Assembly (NCBI RefSeq): GCF_000150275.1
Contig: NW_002060949.1
Span: forward strand, 1,671,836-1,735,835
Length of the DNA stretch: 64,000 nt
Source: Trichoplax adhaerens
Lineage: Eukaryota; Animalia; Placozoa
Reading direction: 5' to 3'
Under the pieces are notes generated by a model. The model searched no databases. It had not been told where the DNA came from and saw only the letters and a program-made list of their open reading frames with translations. A program made the position numbers and the translations under genes. Shown here piece after piece: positions 39,250 to 53,023 of this stretch. How positions within the stretch are numbered: position 1 is the stretch's first letter; every line of letters begins with the position of its first letter.

Positions 39250-39790
39250 ATATAAAATACTTAAACCAGTAATCAAGGAAAGAAGTCAGTAATAAAACAT
39301 TCTACTCGTATAGACTGATTATTATTCCAATTAAGACTTTCTATGATTGAAGATTTTGTCTAAACTTGTTTGCTGATCTTTATAGGTGTATCAATAAAAC
39401 TCAACTCATGAGTAATGTATAACTACAATAACACGTAAACTAGTAGTCAAGAAAAGAAGTTAACAGTAAAGTAGTCTACTCGTATGGACTGATTATTATT
39501 TCCAAATAAGATTTTTAATGATAGAAGATAGTGTCTAAGCTTATTTGCTGATCCTATGGGTGTATAAAGATAGACTCATAAATAATGCTACACCTATAAC
39601 TACAATAACACATAAACTAGTAAGCAAGGAAAGAAGTTAGCAGTAAAATAGCCTGCTCATATGGACTGATTATAACCCTGACCCTAATAATTATTATCCC
39701 AAATAAGACATTTAATTATGGAAGATAGTGTCTAAGCTTGTTTTCTGGTCCTATTGGTGCATAGATAAAGCTCAACCACGAGAAATATTG
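39250..39790. repeat. Diverged tandem array, ~175-bp unit x3
   Basis: taaactagta.tcaag.aaagaagt...ctactcgtat.gactgattat...gaagatagtgtctaagctt is repeated. Confidence 0.88.
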
Positions 39791-41994
39791 TCATTCTAGC
39801 TACAAAAACAGATAAATTAACAATAAAAAAAAAGAGTAATCAAATAGCGAACAAATTGGTGCTCCAGAAATTGAATTCAAATTTAGCGATTTCTCAGCGG
39901 CAAATCTTATTTCATGATAATCACAGAGTATCAGTTAGTATCTTGGAATTGATATACTTGTCTATTTACAGTAAGATTCAAAAATTAACGTTGGTAGATA
40001 TTGACAATAGTATTTATAACCTGATAAAATGATACAATCATTCTTGATAGTCAATTGTAGGAATGCAGTTTTTAAAAATTGGAATTGAATACAATTTTAC
40101 TAGAGGCATTAAAATTCAATTTCTCCCAACCACGGCCTATTAAAAATTTTAAAATATCTCAATCTGATGCTCTGTATATACTACATATCAATTCAATGCC
40201 TGCATTTGTACAATATCCAAGTATTTTTAAAGTAGTATTACGAGAAGTGAAATACCAGTGTGCTTTATCATATAATATTATGATATTTTATGGCATGAAG
40301 GGCATTTATTAAATCTTACAACCGGATTTCCATAAACATATTAATTTTAAATAATTCTTGTATAACAATATAACATATACAAGTCATTTCCTGAAACAAA
40401 TGATTGTTACGCATTTGAATAAGAGAATATAACATCTAAAGTCTTCTTAATATTATTAAACATTACCAATTGTAATATTCTCCTTAGCTAGATGTCAGTT
40501 AAAACTATTTTACTATTATATAAAATATCAGAAATGGAGAATTAGAATATTTATGCCATAAAAAACAATGGAAGATAGCACATATGTTGTTTATGACTTC
40601 TTCTATTTTAGAGCTAGTTCTCTATAATTATTTCGAGTGTACTATTCATGGATAGTCATTCTCAACTTCTTGATTTACAAACTTATCTAGGAAAAATGAA
40701 TTAAACGTGATATACTAATTTTCAGGATTATCAATAGAAATTTAGCAGAAATTCTCATAACCATTCTACTGAAAGATTAAAAATTTTGTACTGCGATTGC
40801 TTCATGTCCTAGCCTAAGAGTTGTATCTACATTCAATTCCAGTAATTTATCTCTGGTTTCTTATATTAGTGTAATACTCAGCACTTGTAAATAATGTCAA
40901 TGATGCAGTTGTAATGTAATAGTAAAGAATGATTTTTAATGTTGATATACGAACAGAGCCTAGATAATAGGATAAGCAAAGAATAATTACCTTTTACCTT
41001 CATATATAAGATAGTAATTGGCAATTAATTACGATACCCTAAGCCTATTTATTTATATACTATAGCCGATCTACAAATAGTGGAGCTCTGCCGTAATTGC
41101 CATTATTACTATTTCTAGGCGCTACTAATAAAGTAAATACCGTATCAGCATGATTACTTGACAGCTATGACAATGATAACAAGATTTATAGTAAAATAAT
41201 CAATTTTTAAGGACATTTGCAGAATCCTAACTAACATAATGGATAGAAAATTAAAATGAAACAATACTGTAGCATTGCTAGCACTATAGAAACTATCTTT
41301 ATGACCACTCATGATTTGTCCAAATAGAGCATACATTAATAGTTTCATTTTGAAGCATTTTTATTTACGATGCACGGCTTGCATTGCATGATAGAATAAT
41401 ATTGAATCTTAATTTTATTGACTTAAATAAAGGAATAATGTACGCATCTATTAATTTTAGGATAAAGGAATTCGGACCAAGATTTTAGCTTCATATTTCT
41501 GAGATATTCACTATAGTTATCTACTAACTTGATAAAATCGTATCAAGTTTGTATTATAATTTAAACTCCACCAATATTATTATTTTAATAATTAAATGTA
41601 TCATTACAATAAATGCTTAGTCCAATAGATATTAGAGGAATCTTAGCTCGACACTTTAATTTTAGAATCAGATTGGATTCATGCATATATTCTATTGCAT
41701 AGATTCATTCAGTCTATGTATATCCTGAAATACGGTATAGCAAGTAAAATAATGTACATTAGATTACATTTCACAAGATATCTACTTCTATTTGCTAATA
41801 AGGCTATAGCATTTGGTATCATCCTAAGTACTTTGTGGTAATCCATTCTTTTATGTAGAACCTAAATTTTTAATCCTTTAGTAATTTAGACCGTTTTATA
41901 AGGGAACTATAGTTATTCGATTATTTACCAAATCAGATAGGAATTTCATGCACTCATTTGTAATGGATAGATAAGTATTTTAGGTACCGTCTGA

Positions 41995-42721
41995 TCATTC
42001 TTTAGCAACATTGGTAGACCTTTCAAATGGGATATGGCTTGATCTCTCGANNNNNNNNNNNNNNNNNNNNNNNNNNNNNNNNNNNNNNNNNNNNNNNNNN
42101 NNNNNNNNNNNNNNNNNNNNNNNNNNNNNNNNNNNNNNNNNNNNNNNNNNNNNNNATAGGGATCTTGGCTGATCTTTCGAAAGGAATTTTGTATGATCTC
42201 TCAAATGGAATATTGTTTGATCTCTCCATAGGGATCTTAGCCGATCTTTCGAAAGGAATATTGCTTGATCTCTCCATAGGGATCTTTGCTGATCTCTCCA
42301 TAGGAATCTTAGCAGATCTCTCCATAGGAATATTTTCTGATTTTTCGAAAGGAATATGCCTTTCCATAGGAATGGTTTTTGAACGCTCGAAAGAAATATC
42401 GCTCGATCTTTCCATTGGTATATCATCTGATTTTTTCATCGCAGTTTTAGTCAGTGACCTCTTGGAAATTTTATTGGATCTTTCCATCGAAATAAAATCT
42501 GGTCTTTCCATGTAAGTTTTATCTAATCGTTTAATATTGCCATTCGATGTTGAAACCATGAGTAAATATGAAAGTCGGTCAGTCTCATCCGCAAAATCTT
42601 TTATGCTGTGCTTCGATTTAGGTGTTTTTATACTATTATCATAAAGATACCTAGAATCAGCCGAATTAGTTACTAATGCAATGGCAACAGTTAGAACTAT
42701 GACTGCATTTGAAATCTTCAT
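41995..42721 (-). CDS. Secreted repetitive (neuro)peptide precursor with SxxIP[M/F]E-R repeats; spans an assembly gap
   Basis: Signal peptide MKISNAVIVLTVAIALVTNSADS. KR/KK sites. At least 13 units of a 24-nt/8-aa repeat (e.g. SAKIPMER, SSNIPFER). Continues after the N-run as ERSSHIPFERSTNVAKE*. Single coding exon. Confidence 0.85.
42051..42155. other. Assembly gap (105 N) inside the coding tandem repeat
   Basis: Run of n. The frame offset across the gap is explained by an estimated gap length. Confidence 0.99.
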
Positions 42722-42864
42722 CTTTGATTAATTTAAGAATTAGAGAAAGTAAGCTACGTAATATAGTATATAATTATAAGCAATAACGACGGGTTGCAAA
42801 GGCTAGTTGTCGATCCAAGCTTATGTTGTAGCGAAAACTAATGTACATGAATTACAGCCACCAA

Positions 42865-42872
42865 TATTTATA
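42865..42872 (-). promoter_or_regulatory. Candidate TATA box of the peptide precursor gene
   Basis: gccTATAAATAttgg on the minus strand, ~145 nt upstream of ATG 42721. Weak evidence in AT-rich DNA. Confidence 0.35.
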
Positions 42873-44689
42873 GGCTGCATGAACTAAAAGAAAAATTTTT
42901 TTCTTAACAGATGTTTCCTCTATTCAATGAGTCAGTTACTAAATTATGATCATTAGTATTCAAGTATAAAATCTCCGAATGAACGTGGAATATTATTTCC
43001 ATGGCTTTTAGAATTGATTCTTGCAGAATAATATTAGGAACTAAGCTCTTCATTATCATATTTAGTTGATCTTTCATTCTTATTTAGTTATTCTGTCAAT
43101 AATAGTTTTAAAGGGATTAGATAATAATATTTTACAACTTAACATTCGATTTGATAATTATCTCCCCATAATTAGCACGAAATTTTGTTTATTAATTTAT
43201 TTAGTTAACTTGTAATATATAAATTTGTTGATCAATTGATTTTATATTTATAATTAGAAATATAAAAGTTTTGAAGTTAACTTCGGTCTTGTCCTTATAT
43301 TGAATATAGATTAAGCTATTTTGGCATGTTATAGTTTGGATTCTTTAGTAAGTATATATCGACGATTCTCAATGGATAATAGGAGAATTAATCAGGCACG
43401 ATATAAAGCGAAAACAATAAATTAAAGACTTTTCTTCGTTAATAAATGAAATTTTATTGGATAATATCAGATAAATTTAAACAATGAATAGTATCATTTA
43501 CCTATAAATCAGAACAGACTGATAGGGATGAATTACAATCACGGATAATAATAAACTAAATTTTACATTTGTGATTGTTCGCGGGCAATCGAATTATTTA
43601 ATTAATACCATAAAGCCGAATTTTTTATCTGAAGATGATTACCAGTCCATTAAAAATAACATCTCGATATTTCAGGCGTCAAATAGATCAATAAAACTCT
43701 TTTAACTATTACATTAATTATATCTTTTTGTATTAACAATCGTAGCAATGTTTAAAGAAATTTTCCATGTAGCGGAATAATTCTAATTTGGATTCTGCTG
43801 TATTTCAGCGATCGTAAACATCCGGTTTAACGTAATTATAATTGATCATTCCATTGTCTTCATTTAGAAAGAGAAGTTACAATACTTTACAACCTCTATA
43901 GACGAGACGTTGTTTAAGCGATAGAATTTACACTTAAAAAAGCAATCTAGAAATTGTGATAGATGTAAAATATTTGACGTTATTAACTTTCAAAAATACT
44001 CTAATATATTCTACAATTCAACAATACGTAGCAATAAACCATCAAAGGACTAGTTCTAGCTGTTTAGAAAATTAAGAAATGAATTTCTATTTTTATAATA
44101 TAAACATAAACACAAATGTCGATCTGATTATTTTATATGATACAGCAAATTATGGATGGTTAGTAAAATTAAAATTTATTTTGTCCTATATCGGTAACAT
44201 ACTTTAAGTATAAAAGCAATCATAAGTTACATCGTAATAAAGAATACTTCACATGTAAATGTTATATACGTAGCTATCTATATAGAGATCTTTGGAAAGC
44301 GATTGATCATTTTGCATTGCTAGGGACAGATTATTAATAGTGATAACAAGAATTTTGATTAATAATTATCTTTAGCCTTATCATAAACTCCTAACTATTC
44401 CGTTATTAACAGAATAAAAAGTCCGGAAAAGAGTTTATTTCCAATTATCATTACTAATTTCATTATAATACTCATAAGCTAACAATTTAATGGTAACATC
44501 AAAATAAAATAGAGCGTAATATCGCTATTATAAATTGATAAGTAATCGATCCAAGCAATGTTACTAATGATATTGATAACGTAATAACTATTATGACCCC
44601 TATCTATCAGTTGATTCATTTCATAATTGCAGGGAACGAGGTAAAGGTTAAGAAATAAGTTTATTAACCATGATTTACCACTACCGGTT

Positions 44690-44880
44690 TCATGACAACT
44701 AATAAACGATCGATTAATAATAGTTTATTAATAAGGCAGAAAATATCGATAAAGAAATATTCGTATTATCGGATTATATGGTATACCAGTTTTACGATAA
44801 CTAACAAACGATCAATCATTGATAGTTTATTAATAAGGTAGAAAATATCGATAAAGAAATATTCCTATTATCAGATAATA
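44690..44880. repeat. Direct duplication, ~102-bp period x2
   Basis: aactaa.aaacgatc...tagtttattaataagg.agaaaatatcgataaagaaatattc.tattatc occurs twice. Confidence 0.85.
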
Positions 44881-47800
44881 AAGCATCCTTGATCAGGTAG
44901 ATAAAATTAAGATAAATCAATGAAGTTAATTAAACAGATTTGTTACTGCTAATCTTATTATGAATTAGTAAAATATTGATATTTTAATAGGATGATAATT
45001 AAAAATGACAGAAGCAAGATCAAAACATAGATTTTTTTATTTCAGTCTGTAATAAGTAATATCTTGATAATTCAATTAGCATCAAAGCAATATGTTCGAA
45101 AGAAATTATCATAACCATTGAGTTTCTAGCCATTAAGTATGATAAAATTTTATATCGATTCAATGCTATCCAAAACCCATTTGAATTTTTAATTTCTCTA
45201 TAATGATCATCTTACACTCAGAATCCCTTAAGCTCTCTATAGCGGTTCTTTTAACAATCAATTATCCAGCTATCTTACAGCATTTTACTTACTTATTAAC
45301 TTTCATATAAGAATACTAGTACTACTAGTCTTTCGAGTTAGTTTTATTATTGTATCCAAATGTAATGTTTTACTCAGATGGTTTAATATTAGATATATTG
45401 TTCAGATATTGCATATTATCTTAGAAATAGTATTGGATATTAACTAGTGTATTTATTTCATATAATATTAAATACACTAACTATATAAGTTATTATAATA
45501 CCATGAGATTATAATTCAAAGATTTTAATGTTACACAACAGTATAATCGCTTAATAACATTACTGCATAAAAGGCGTATTTAGAACTTATTATAAACAGA
45601 AATAAGGAGTAAGTGTCACAACCCTCACTTGTGGCAAAGGAAAGTAAAGAACTCTAGTGTAGTTACTTAAAACTTGGGCTATTTCTCCCAGTACTTTCAG
45701 TTTCTATGAGAGAAGTATTTGAGAACTCGATTTCTCGGCTGATCTCCACAGACAACTGACTAATTATTACACTATTCTTCACGATATGAGTCTTGCCGTT
45801 TCTTGAGCAATTACTTTCTTTATTCTACAAACACACGCGCTTAAATAGGTTTCTACAGTGAATTCTGGTGTTAACGAGTGAGAATTCATGCTTTACAAGT
45901 TACATTAATTAGTATAATACCATTACTAAATATACATGTCGATATTCTCAGACTTAGATAGCTACAAGCTATCAGGTGTTAAGACGCTTAACCTTCGTCC
46001 ATATACAGCTCAATTTTTAGAGATTAACACAACTTATAAACCTACAGTAAATTAACTGCTAACAACTTCTATTTTTATCTCATTTCTACCATCCTATTAT
46101 CAGCTACAAGCGCATTAAAACATAGCACATAACCTTATCTTATCTATTCATAAGCATTCATTAATTTACAGTTACTTAATTAGTAACGGCGTACCGTGAC
46201 AGTAAGAGCAAAAATTTAGTTCATATAACTAGTAATTATAAGTGAAATGGTGTCAATTGTAGTCATTGTCAGTGCTAGAAGCTTGAAAACACAAGTACCG
46301 AATTCTTATGACTAAAATTAGCTATAAAGCATTCTCTCGGACAGTACATATTGCACAAAATATGGCAGCTAATTGCTCTTACTTAAATTATAGCTATCTA
46401 ATACATTCAATACATTGATCGTAACACAAATTAAATATTACCCTAAAATTGTGAAAAAGTGATTTAATTGCCTATTAGTGATGCTATTTGATAAATAAAT
46501 AATAGAAAAAGGATTCATCATCTGATTTTCTCCTACCTCGAAGAACATAAATACCCAGCTGGTCTAGTTATAAATAACCCTTTGCTAATTTTTTTAATTT
46601 AATATGATAAATAGATACAGGAATGATATTTATATTACTTCAAATTTCAGTTACGAAATTACTTTCTAAATCAATTTTATTGCGAAAGTTAAAATCATGC
46701 GGTAAATTGGTAATATGTATGCCTACAGTATAGTGTCAAATAAATACGAAGTTTTGATCAATTAACAAATAAAAATTAATTATCATAAGCATTTTTGATA
46801 ATATCCATTGCAATCTTGTAATGTTTGAGAAGTAAAATGACTTCCTAAACTAAAGATCATTACTAGTATAAACTAGAATTGGTTTTTAATAGATGATATA
46901 AAATGCAGGGTCATCGACTGGACAAAAAAATTTTTGCATCATTTTCTACTCAAAAACCTTGAAGTACAATATCTCATCATTCTAGCAGTAAGGTTTAATT
47001 TAATCAGTGCATCAGTTTTAGCACATTATTCTTCTAAATAAGTAGAAATCGGTAAAAAATATCGTGAATGTAACCGTTTAAAGATTCATTTCTCCTTCTT
47101 TTGCTTAATGGTATCATAAAGTCTTGTTTCTATCGATAATTTTTCACTCCTCTTATCATTGTATTTCAGTATAGAGCTTTCTTAAGTATATATATTATAC
47201 TGACATATCATAATAATAGCTCTGAATAAATACTCGTAGGCATACGAGTCTCAATCAGTGATATAAAGCTAAAAGCTTACGTATATAAACGTTTGCACCT
47301 AATGAAAAAAATCAGTTATATATTATTATTGAGATCAGAACTAATTATTCATTCTTTATACTCTCTGATTGTTTTATTTTTGGCAACATGTACTATCGGT
47401 TTAATATTGCTAAGATCTCGATTAATTATTTACTTCTTTTGAAGCGTGTGCAATCTCTGATTTATCATTGATCTTAATCTTAAACCAGGAAATAGCTGTT
47501 TTGTTATCCACCCGAGAAATAAATTATTTATTCTTTTCTAAATTTATCGAGCTATAATCCTGGCATGGTATTAAACCACTGTATTTTATTGGGCAATATT
47601 CTTGATTGATCGACAATTTCAGTATCAGCTAAAAATCAATTCCAACTTTGTAAGACCAGTATAACAAGCTTGATATCCTGCAATATTGCCTCGTGATATT
47701 GATGATGACTTAGTAGAAATAGTAAACGTGACCATATGGTTGAAGTACTGTAGCAATATAGGTAGGGCAGATGATATCTCTGATAATTAAGTAAATAGAT

Positions 47801-48796
47801 CAGATCAACCTCTAGTAAAGATAAGTCGACTCATAAGCCAACATCTGCTTATTAACGAAAGAGATCAAGTCGGCTTGGGTGTTTTAATCTTATTTGATAA
47901 ATCATAAAATGGAAGGATAATTCTATTTCTTGGGCATTTTTGATCCTTTTTTTCGTCTGAAATAATTATAAACATGGATAAAAAAAGAACATTGGCCATT
48001 TTCTTCTTGGTAAGAACTACTTTTAATTTACAGTTTTAAAATAATATTTAAGCACAAACATGGACGTAAAACAGGGATCTACGTAGTTTTGTGTGAGAAA
48101 TACAGTTTTTACCAGTCAGTTTTATGCAATTTTATTGGAAACGACAGTAATTTAAACCGAAATTCCTGCATAACTTAGACTGATGATTCGATTGTCCATA
48201 ATAATTTAGAAACTAGGTTTTTATTGATTACCAGATCTAAATAAAATTATTTTGAGTGATTGCTACCGTTAAATAGCTTTAAATACCTTCTTTTTGCATC
48301 CGCACAGCTTTATTATTAGACATGTTGTCTTTTATCAGATATAAACGACCATAAGATCACTTTCAAATCGTTAGATGAAAAGTAATATTAGTAGCTCTTT
48401 AATAGCAAATTGCACAGGATTAAAATTAGCTAATCTACAGGACTTGATTTTAACTGTACTTTTGTACGTGTCATTAGATATATACATTAAAACTTAGAGC
48501 TCAACGTTTTCGTTTTAACATTGAAAAACTTTAATAGAAGGGTAACCATAAATTATGATTATAAATGCTTATAAAAGGAAAACTATCAGTCTTGAGATCG
48601 TTGCACTTATCGATAATTTCGTCAATTTTTTGTAGTAAAATACTTAAAGTTGATGTTTTCGTCTTGAAAGTTAAAATCGATTGCACTTCTTGATTCTTTC
48701 TTGGATTCTTCAACATTTCTACTGATTATTTTTTATTTCATTCTAACTTATTGATATATATTAAGCAATAATTAATTACTTAAATATGGTTTGTAG

Positions 48797-51700
48797 ATTT
48801 ATAGTCTATGGACAGGGCAAGTTGATGCGCAGGTATGTAAGAACCGGATATATGATTTTACCAATCCGATTACAGCATTGTTATACAAATTCTATAATTA
48901 TTTCCATCTATGTTTTTTTTCAGGATCCAATAGATCAAGCTTCAGAAATTATGACCTATCTAGGCTGTTTGATGACTATTCTGAGTTTAATGGCGACAAT
49001 TTTTACATATGCCATACTTTGGAGGTAATTAGGAACACGGTTTCAATTTCGATCCAAACTATTTACCATCGAGAATAAAATATCGTTTGATATATCGATA
49101 TGATGGAATATAGAGATTTATTTATTTTACTTGATGTAAATTTGATGTGGCAAGATTTTAAGCTTAGCATTATGTAGATAAAAACATTTAAATTAGAGGA
49201 AGCATGAATTGATTGAACTTGATAATTAATATATTCTAAACTGTGCTCATGTTCTTCATCATTTACATATTACCACGGAATTGTGAAATGACTATAGTTA
49301 CCTGAAGAGTAAGGTTACCATCATACGTCTCAATTTGCATATAACACTCTTGCTGACTAATATTTGCATCATTATTGGAGTTCGGCCTTTTAACGCATTA
49401 GTATCACAAGTAAGTTAAGTCAAAGTTCCTAATTATACAATGCCTTTAAATCAGCCTTCTTCCATTAGATTGATCGGTCATTTTATAATGATATAACGTA
49501 TCGAGCTCATGATGGATTTTTCTACATTCAAATAATATAGATCGAATGTATCATTTTGGCCTGTTCTTCTCAATATCTTTTATTAGCATTCTTCATCTGG
49601 ATGTTATTGGATAGTTTCGCATTTTACTATTCGGTTATTGGGTCTTATATGAAAGTTCGCTTGTTATGGTTATATGTTTTTGCCTACGGTAAGATTTATT
49701 TAATAGCGAGTAGATGGGTGTTTATCATCACTAATCGGTCTTAATCAATCTCTTATAACAATCTATAACGAAGAAATTACACTTATATATACGTATTTAT
49801 TAATTAGAAATATCTACTTCAATCATACGTATTGCGTCGTCCTTTATGCTAAGGCCAAAACTTGAAATTAGTACCAGCTTTAAATTAATTCTTTGATGCA
49901 TTTTAAACGCCCTACATGGATTTCATGAATCCATCTCTTTAACTCTTTATAATTAATTAATTAATTATATATATAATTCAAGTCTGTTTCAAATGATGTT
50001 GGTCATGATTTTATATGAATCGAAACAATATCTTTCGTCATTCTAGGATTTCCTGGTGCGATCGTAGCCGCAACTCTTGGGATAGTAGGCTATGATAAAT
50101 TTACGAGTACTGTTGGGTTAGCTAAGATTCTGTTTAATTTGATTGATTTTAAATGACTCCTCCAATAATCTTTGCCCTCTGTACCTATTTTAGATGCTGG
50201 CTATCACAAAGGCATTTGGCAGTTTTAGGATTCCTTGCCCCTCTTTCTATAATCTTTATCGTAAGTAGCGAATAAGGCAATATTCCAATTTATGCCTAAG
50301 TTGATCGTTGACTGTTAGTCGGTGTCGAATCATCGCTTATAGAATAGCTCTTTCTCCATTAATTATTATTGTTATTATTCTACTTATACATTTATTTCTA
50401 TTCCCTTTCCATTTTCAAATATAGATTAATATCGTAATCATCATACTGACTTATTATCGAGCTAAAAAACTGGCTACCAAGGATGGGAATTTATCCAAAG
50501 ATGGCATGAGAGAAATTGGGTAATTGCTTCCGATGAGAGATTTTATTAAGCGCTTGCTTCTATAATCCTTTTAGAATTCAATCAATCCTACATGTTAAAA
50601 TTATTAAAATAATTAATACCCGGTGGATAATTAATAATTAAATTGATCTTGAATGTATTCATTTCAACAATCCTTTTCTCTATCACTTTTAATGGTCTAG
50701 TATCACTTTACGCGATACAGCCATCTTGGTTTTTGTTTGCAATATCGGATGGATTTTAGGTAGTACTACTGAAATTGTTCCAGATCCTGCCGTAATCAAT
50801 TATATTTTTATGGTTTTTACTTCGTTGCAGGTAAGAAATCATCATCTAAAATGATTGAAGGCATTGCCGTAGTTTAATATTCTATCAAATTAAATTAAAA
50901 TGCATATTATGACAACATGATTGCTACTGTACTTTCATTTCACTATAGGGATTTTTCATTTTAATCGTTCATTGCCTTAAAAACAACGATGTAAGGATAA
51001 CTTTTGATTTATGTGTTATCAAATGCAGTGGAAACGAGATGATTTCCTCTTCATCGTTTGCTGCTTATAACCATTTCTTCATACAAATTAATACATAAGA
51101 CAAATTTAAAGCGTTATCTAATCAAATTTTTTATCCTGGCTATGTTAATGAATATCTCAGATCAGTAATGCTTTTAATAAGAAATTTAGCAAGAAGGAAC
51201 CAATAAGTGTTGAATTATTAGAAAGACGGCGATCTCAGTAAGGGAATAAATGTACTTCTTATGTTCAGTTGGAATAATTGACAAAAATGGATATACAATA
51301 ATAAATCTAAAGATCAGCTAATGTTTATTCTATCTATTTTGCTAAACCTAGCAAGATTAACCTGTATATTCTCTCTTGAATAAATGATAGAGCTATCGTT
51401 GAATCCGTAGTAGAATCAGCTCGCCCGTCAACTCCGGCACAATTTGTTAGGTAAGGCTTGCTATAATGGAGACAACTGGTTATGAGTATGATGATTAGTT
51501 ATAACCGCAATATTTAAAGGTGTGGACTGAGTTAGATTGATTACCACTACGCTAGTGATCCTAGAATGGAAGTTTAGAAACAGTTACAAGAAAGATGGAT
51601 TCAAAGGCATAACTTGGATAAGAGCTTACTATAATTCAGTTAATTATTTATAGCAATCAATTCCATATACAAAATAATTTAAAACTATGAGCGAAGTTAA

Positions 51701-53023
51701 CTTAGATATTATTTCAATTATTAATCGTAATCAATTCCAATTACAATGCGATACTATTTAAAACTATAAGCTAAGTTAACCTGGATATTATTGCAATTTA
51801 AAGACAACTTCGTGGGCAATGTATTAAAGTTGAATTTTAAAAACGGACGAGATTTAATTTCATTCTATGTAGTAAAGTAGCATCTACCATCTATCAGCAA
51901 TCTAAAATAACTTATCCACGTTTGATGTTTTAATTCAGTTCATATTAAATGTTCAGAAGACGGGTACTTATTTTCACTCTTTACAATAAATAACATGAAA
52001 TTATTCAATATAACTAATTCGTGTTTGATTTTATTTAGACACTTTATACCCAGTAATCAAAATCATGGAGATCAAATCAAATTGCCTGCATTATCCAAAT
52101 CCTCCGTTCGTAATACCAAAATCAGCTCCAATTTAGCAGTTAATAATAATACTGCCAGAAGGATGAGTGATATTGCAACGTTATTTCAACGTGGAAATAG
52201 ATCTGGGGACGCTAAGAAAAAATTGGATAGAGAACCTTATGATGATTTAGACGATGATGAACTGGATAATAATTTTTTCTCTGGTCCAGGCTTTCAAACT
52301 GATCTAGAAAGTAATAAGCAAGAACAAGAGAAACAAAATTATAATCCCACTCAGAAACCAGTTATCCGATGCCAACCTTATTCATCTCATGATCAACAAA
52401 AACATGCCTACACTAATCCTAGTTTTCAGCCGGATGAAGAGCAAAGTAATATCAAGAAGAAAAGTAAGAGAATATCTATCCGAGCTCAATCGCAACCTAC
52501 GCCATCAACATCATCAGTATCATCTGACGAAGATGTTGATAAATTACCCTTTAATAAATTAACCGCAGCTAATAGAAATGCACTGGAATTTCAAAATGGT
52601 AAATCTGATCCATCTGCTGTCATTACTTCACCAGCAATAACTATTACTACTCCCAGTCCAACAACAACGATAACATCTTCAGTAAATGCCGCAAGTCAAG
52701 CCAAAAATGCTAATCATGTTAAATTTGATAATCATATTTATAAACTAGAATTAGAGCAACGCTATTCCCATCAGTTAAAACATATTATTTATGAGGATTC
52801 AGAAGGAGAAACTAGCGATGGTATTGCTTCACCATATTCGATTGTTTCTACCGTATCTAGTCTTGGTGAAATATCACAAAATGAAATCGAACCTCCTCGG
52901 TCACGAATAAAAACATTTTCGGGTGTTGTGGATGTGTTTAAAAAGAAAGCGAGTGATAATGTACGATGTCAAAGTATGTCAAGTAAGAAATCTACCTTTA
53001 AAATTGGTAAATTAAGGTCTTAA
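48797..53023 (+). CDS. Adhesion-type (class B2) 7TM receptor with long cytoplasmic tail; 5' end unresolved
   Basis: Phase-compatible exons encode TM1 IMTYLGCLMTILSLMATIFTY, TM2 IIRLNLHITLLLTNICII, TM3 ECIILACSSQYLLLAFFIWMLLDS, TM4 AYGFPGAIVA, CWL, TM5 FLAPLSIIFIINIV, TM6 CNIGWILG and TM7 SLQGFFILIVHCL. Last exon is 52039-53023. Confidence 0.88.

Noticed and set aside
42027-42515. + strand 162-aa ORF with IGILADLS repeats, and the shifted-frame 143-aa ORF
   Set aside because: These are antisense and alternative-frame shadows of the 24-nt coding repeat. Only the post-gap tail of the 143-aa frame is real.
51995-53023. Stand-alone 342-aa ORF
   Set aside because: It is the last exon (acceptor at 52038) of the 7TM receptor; the first ~14 codons are intronic.
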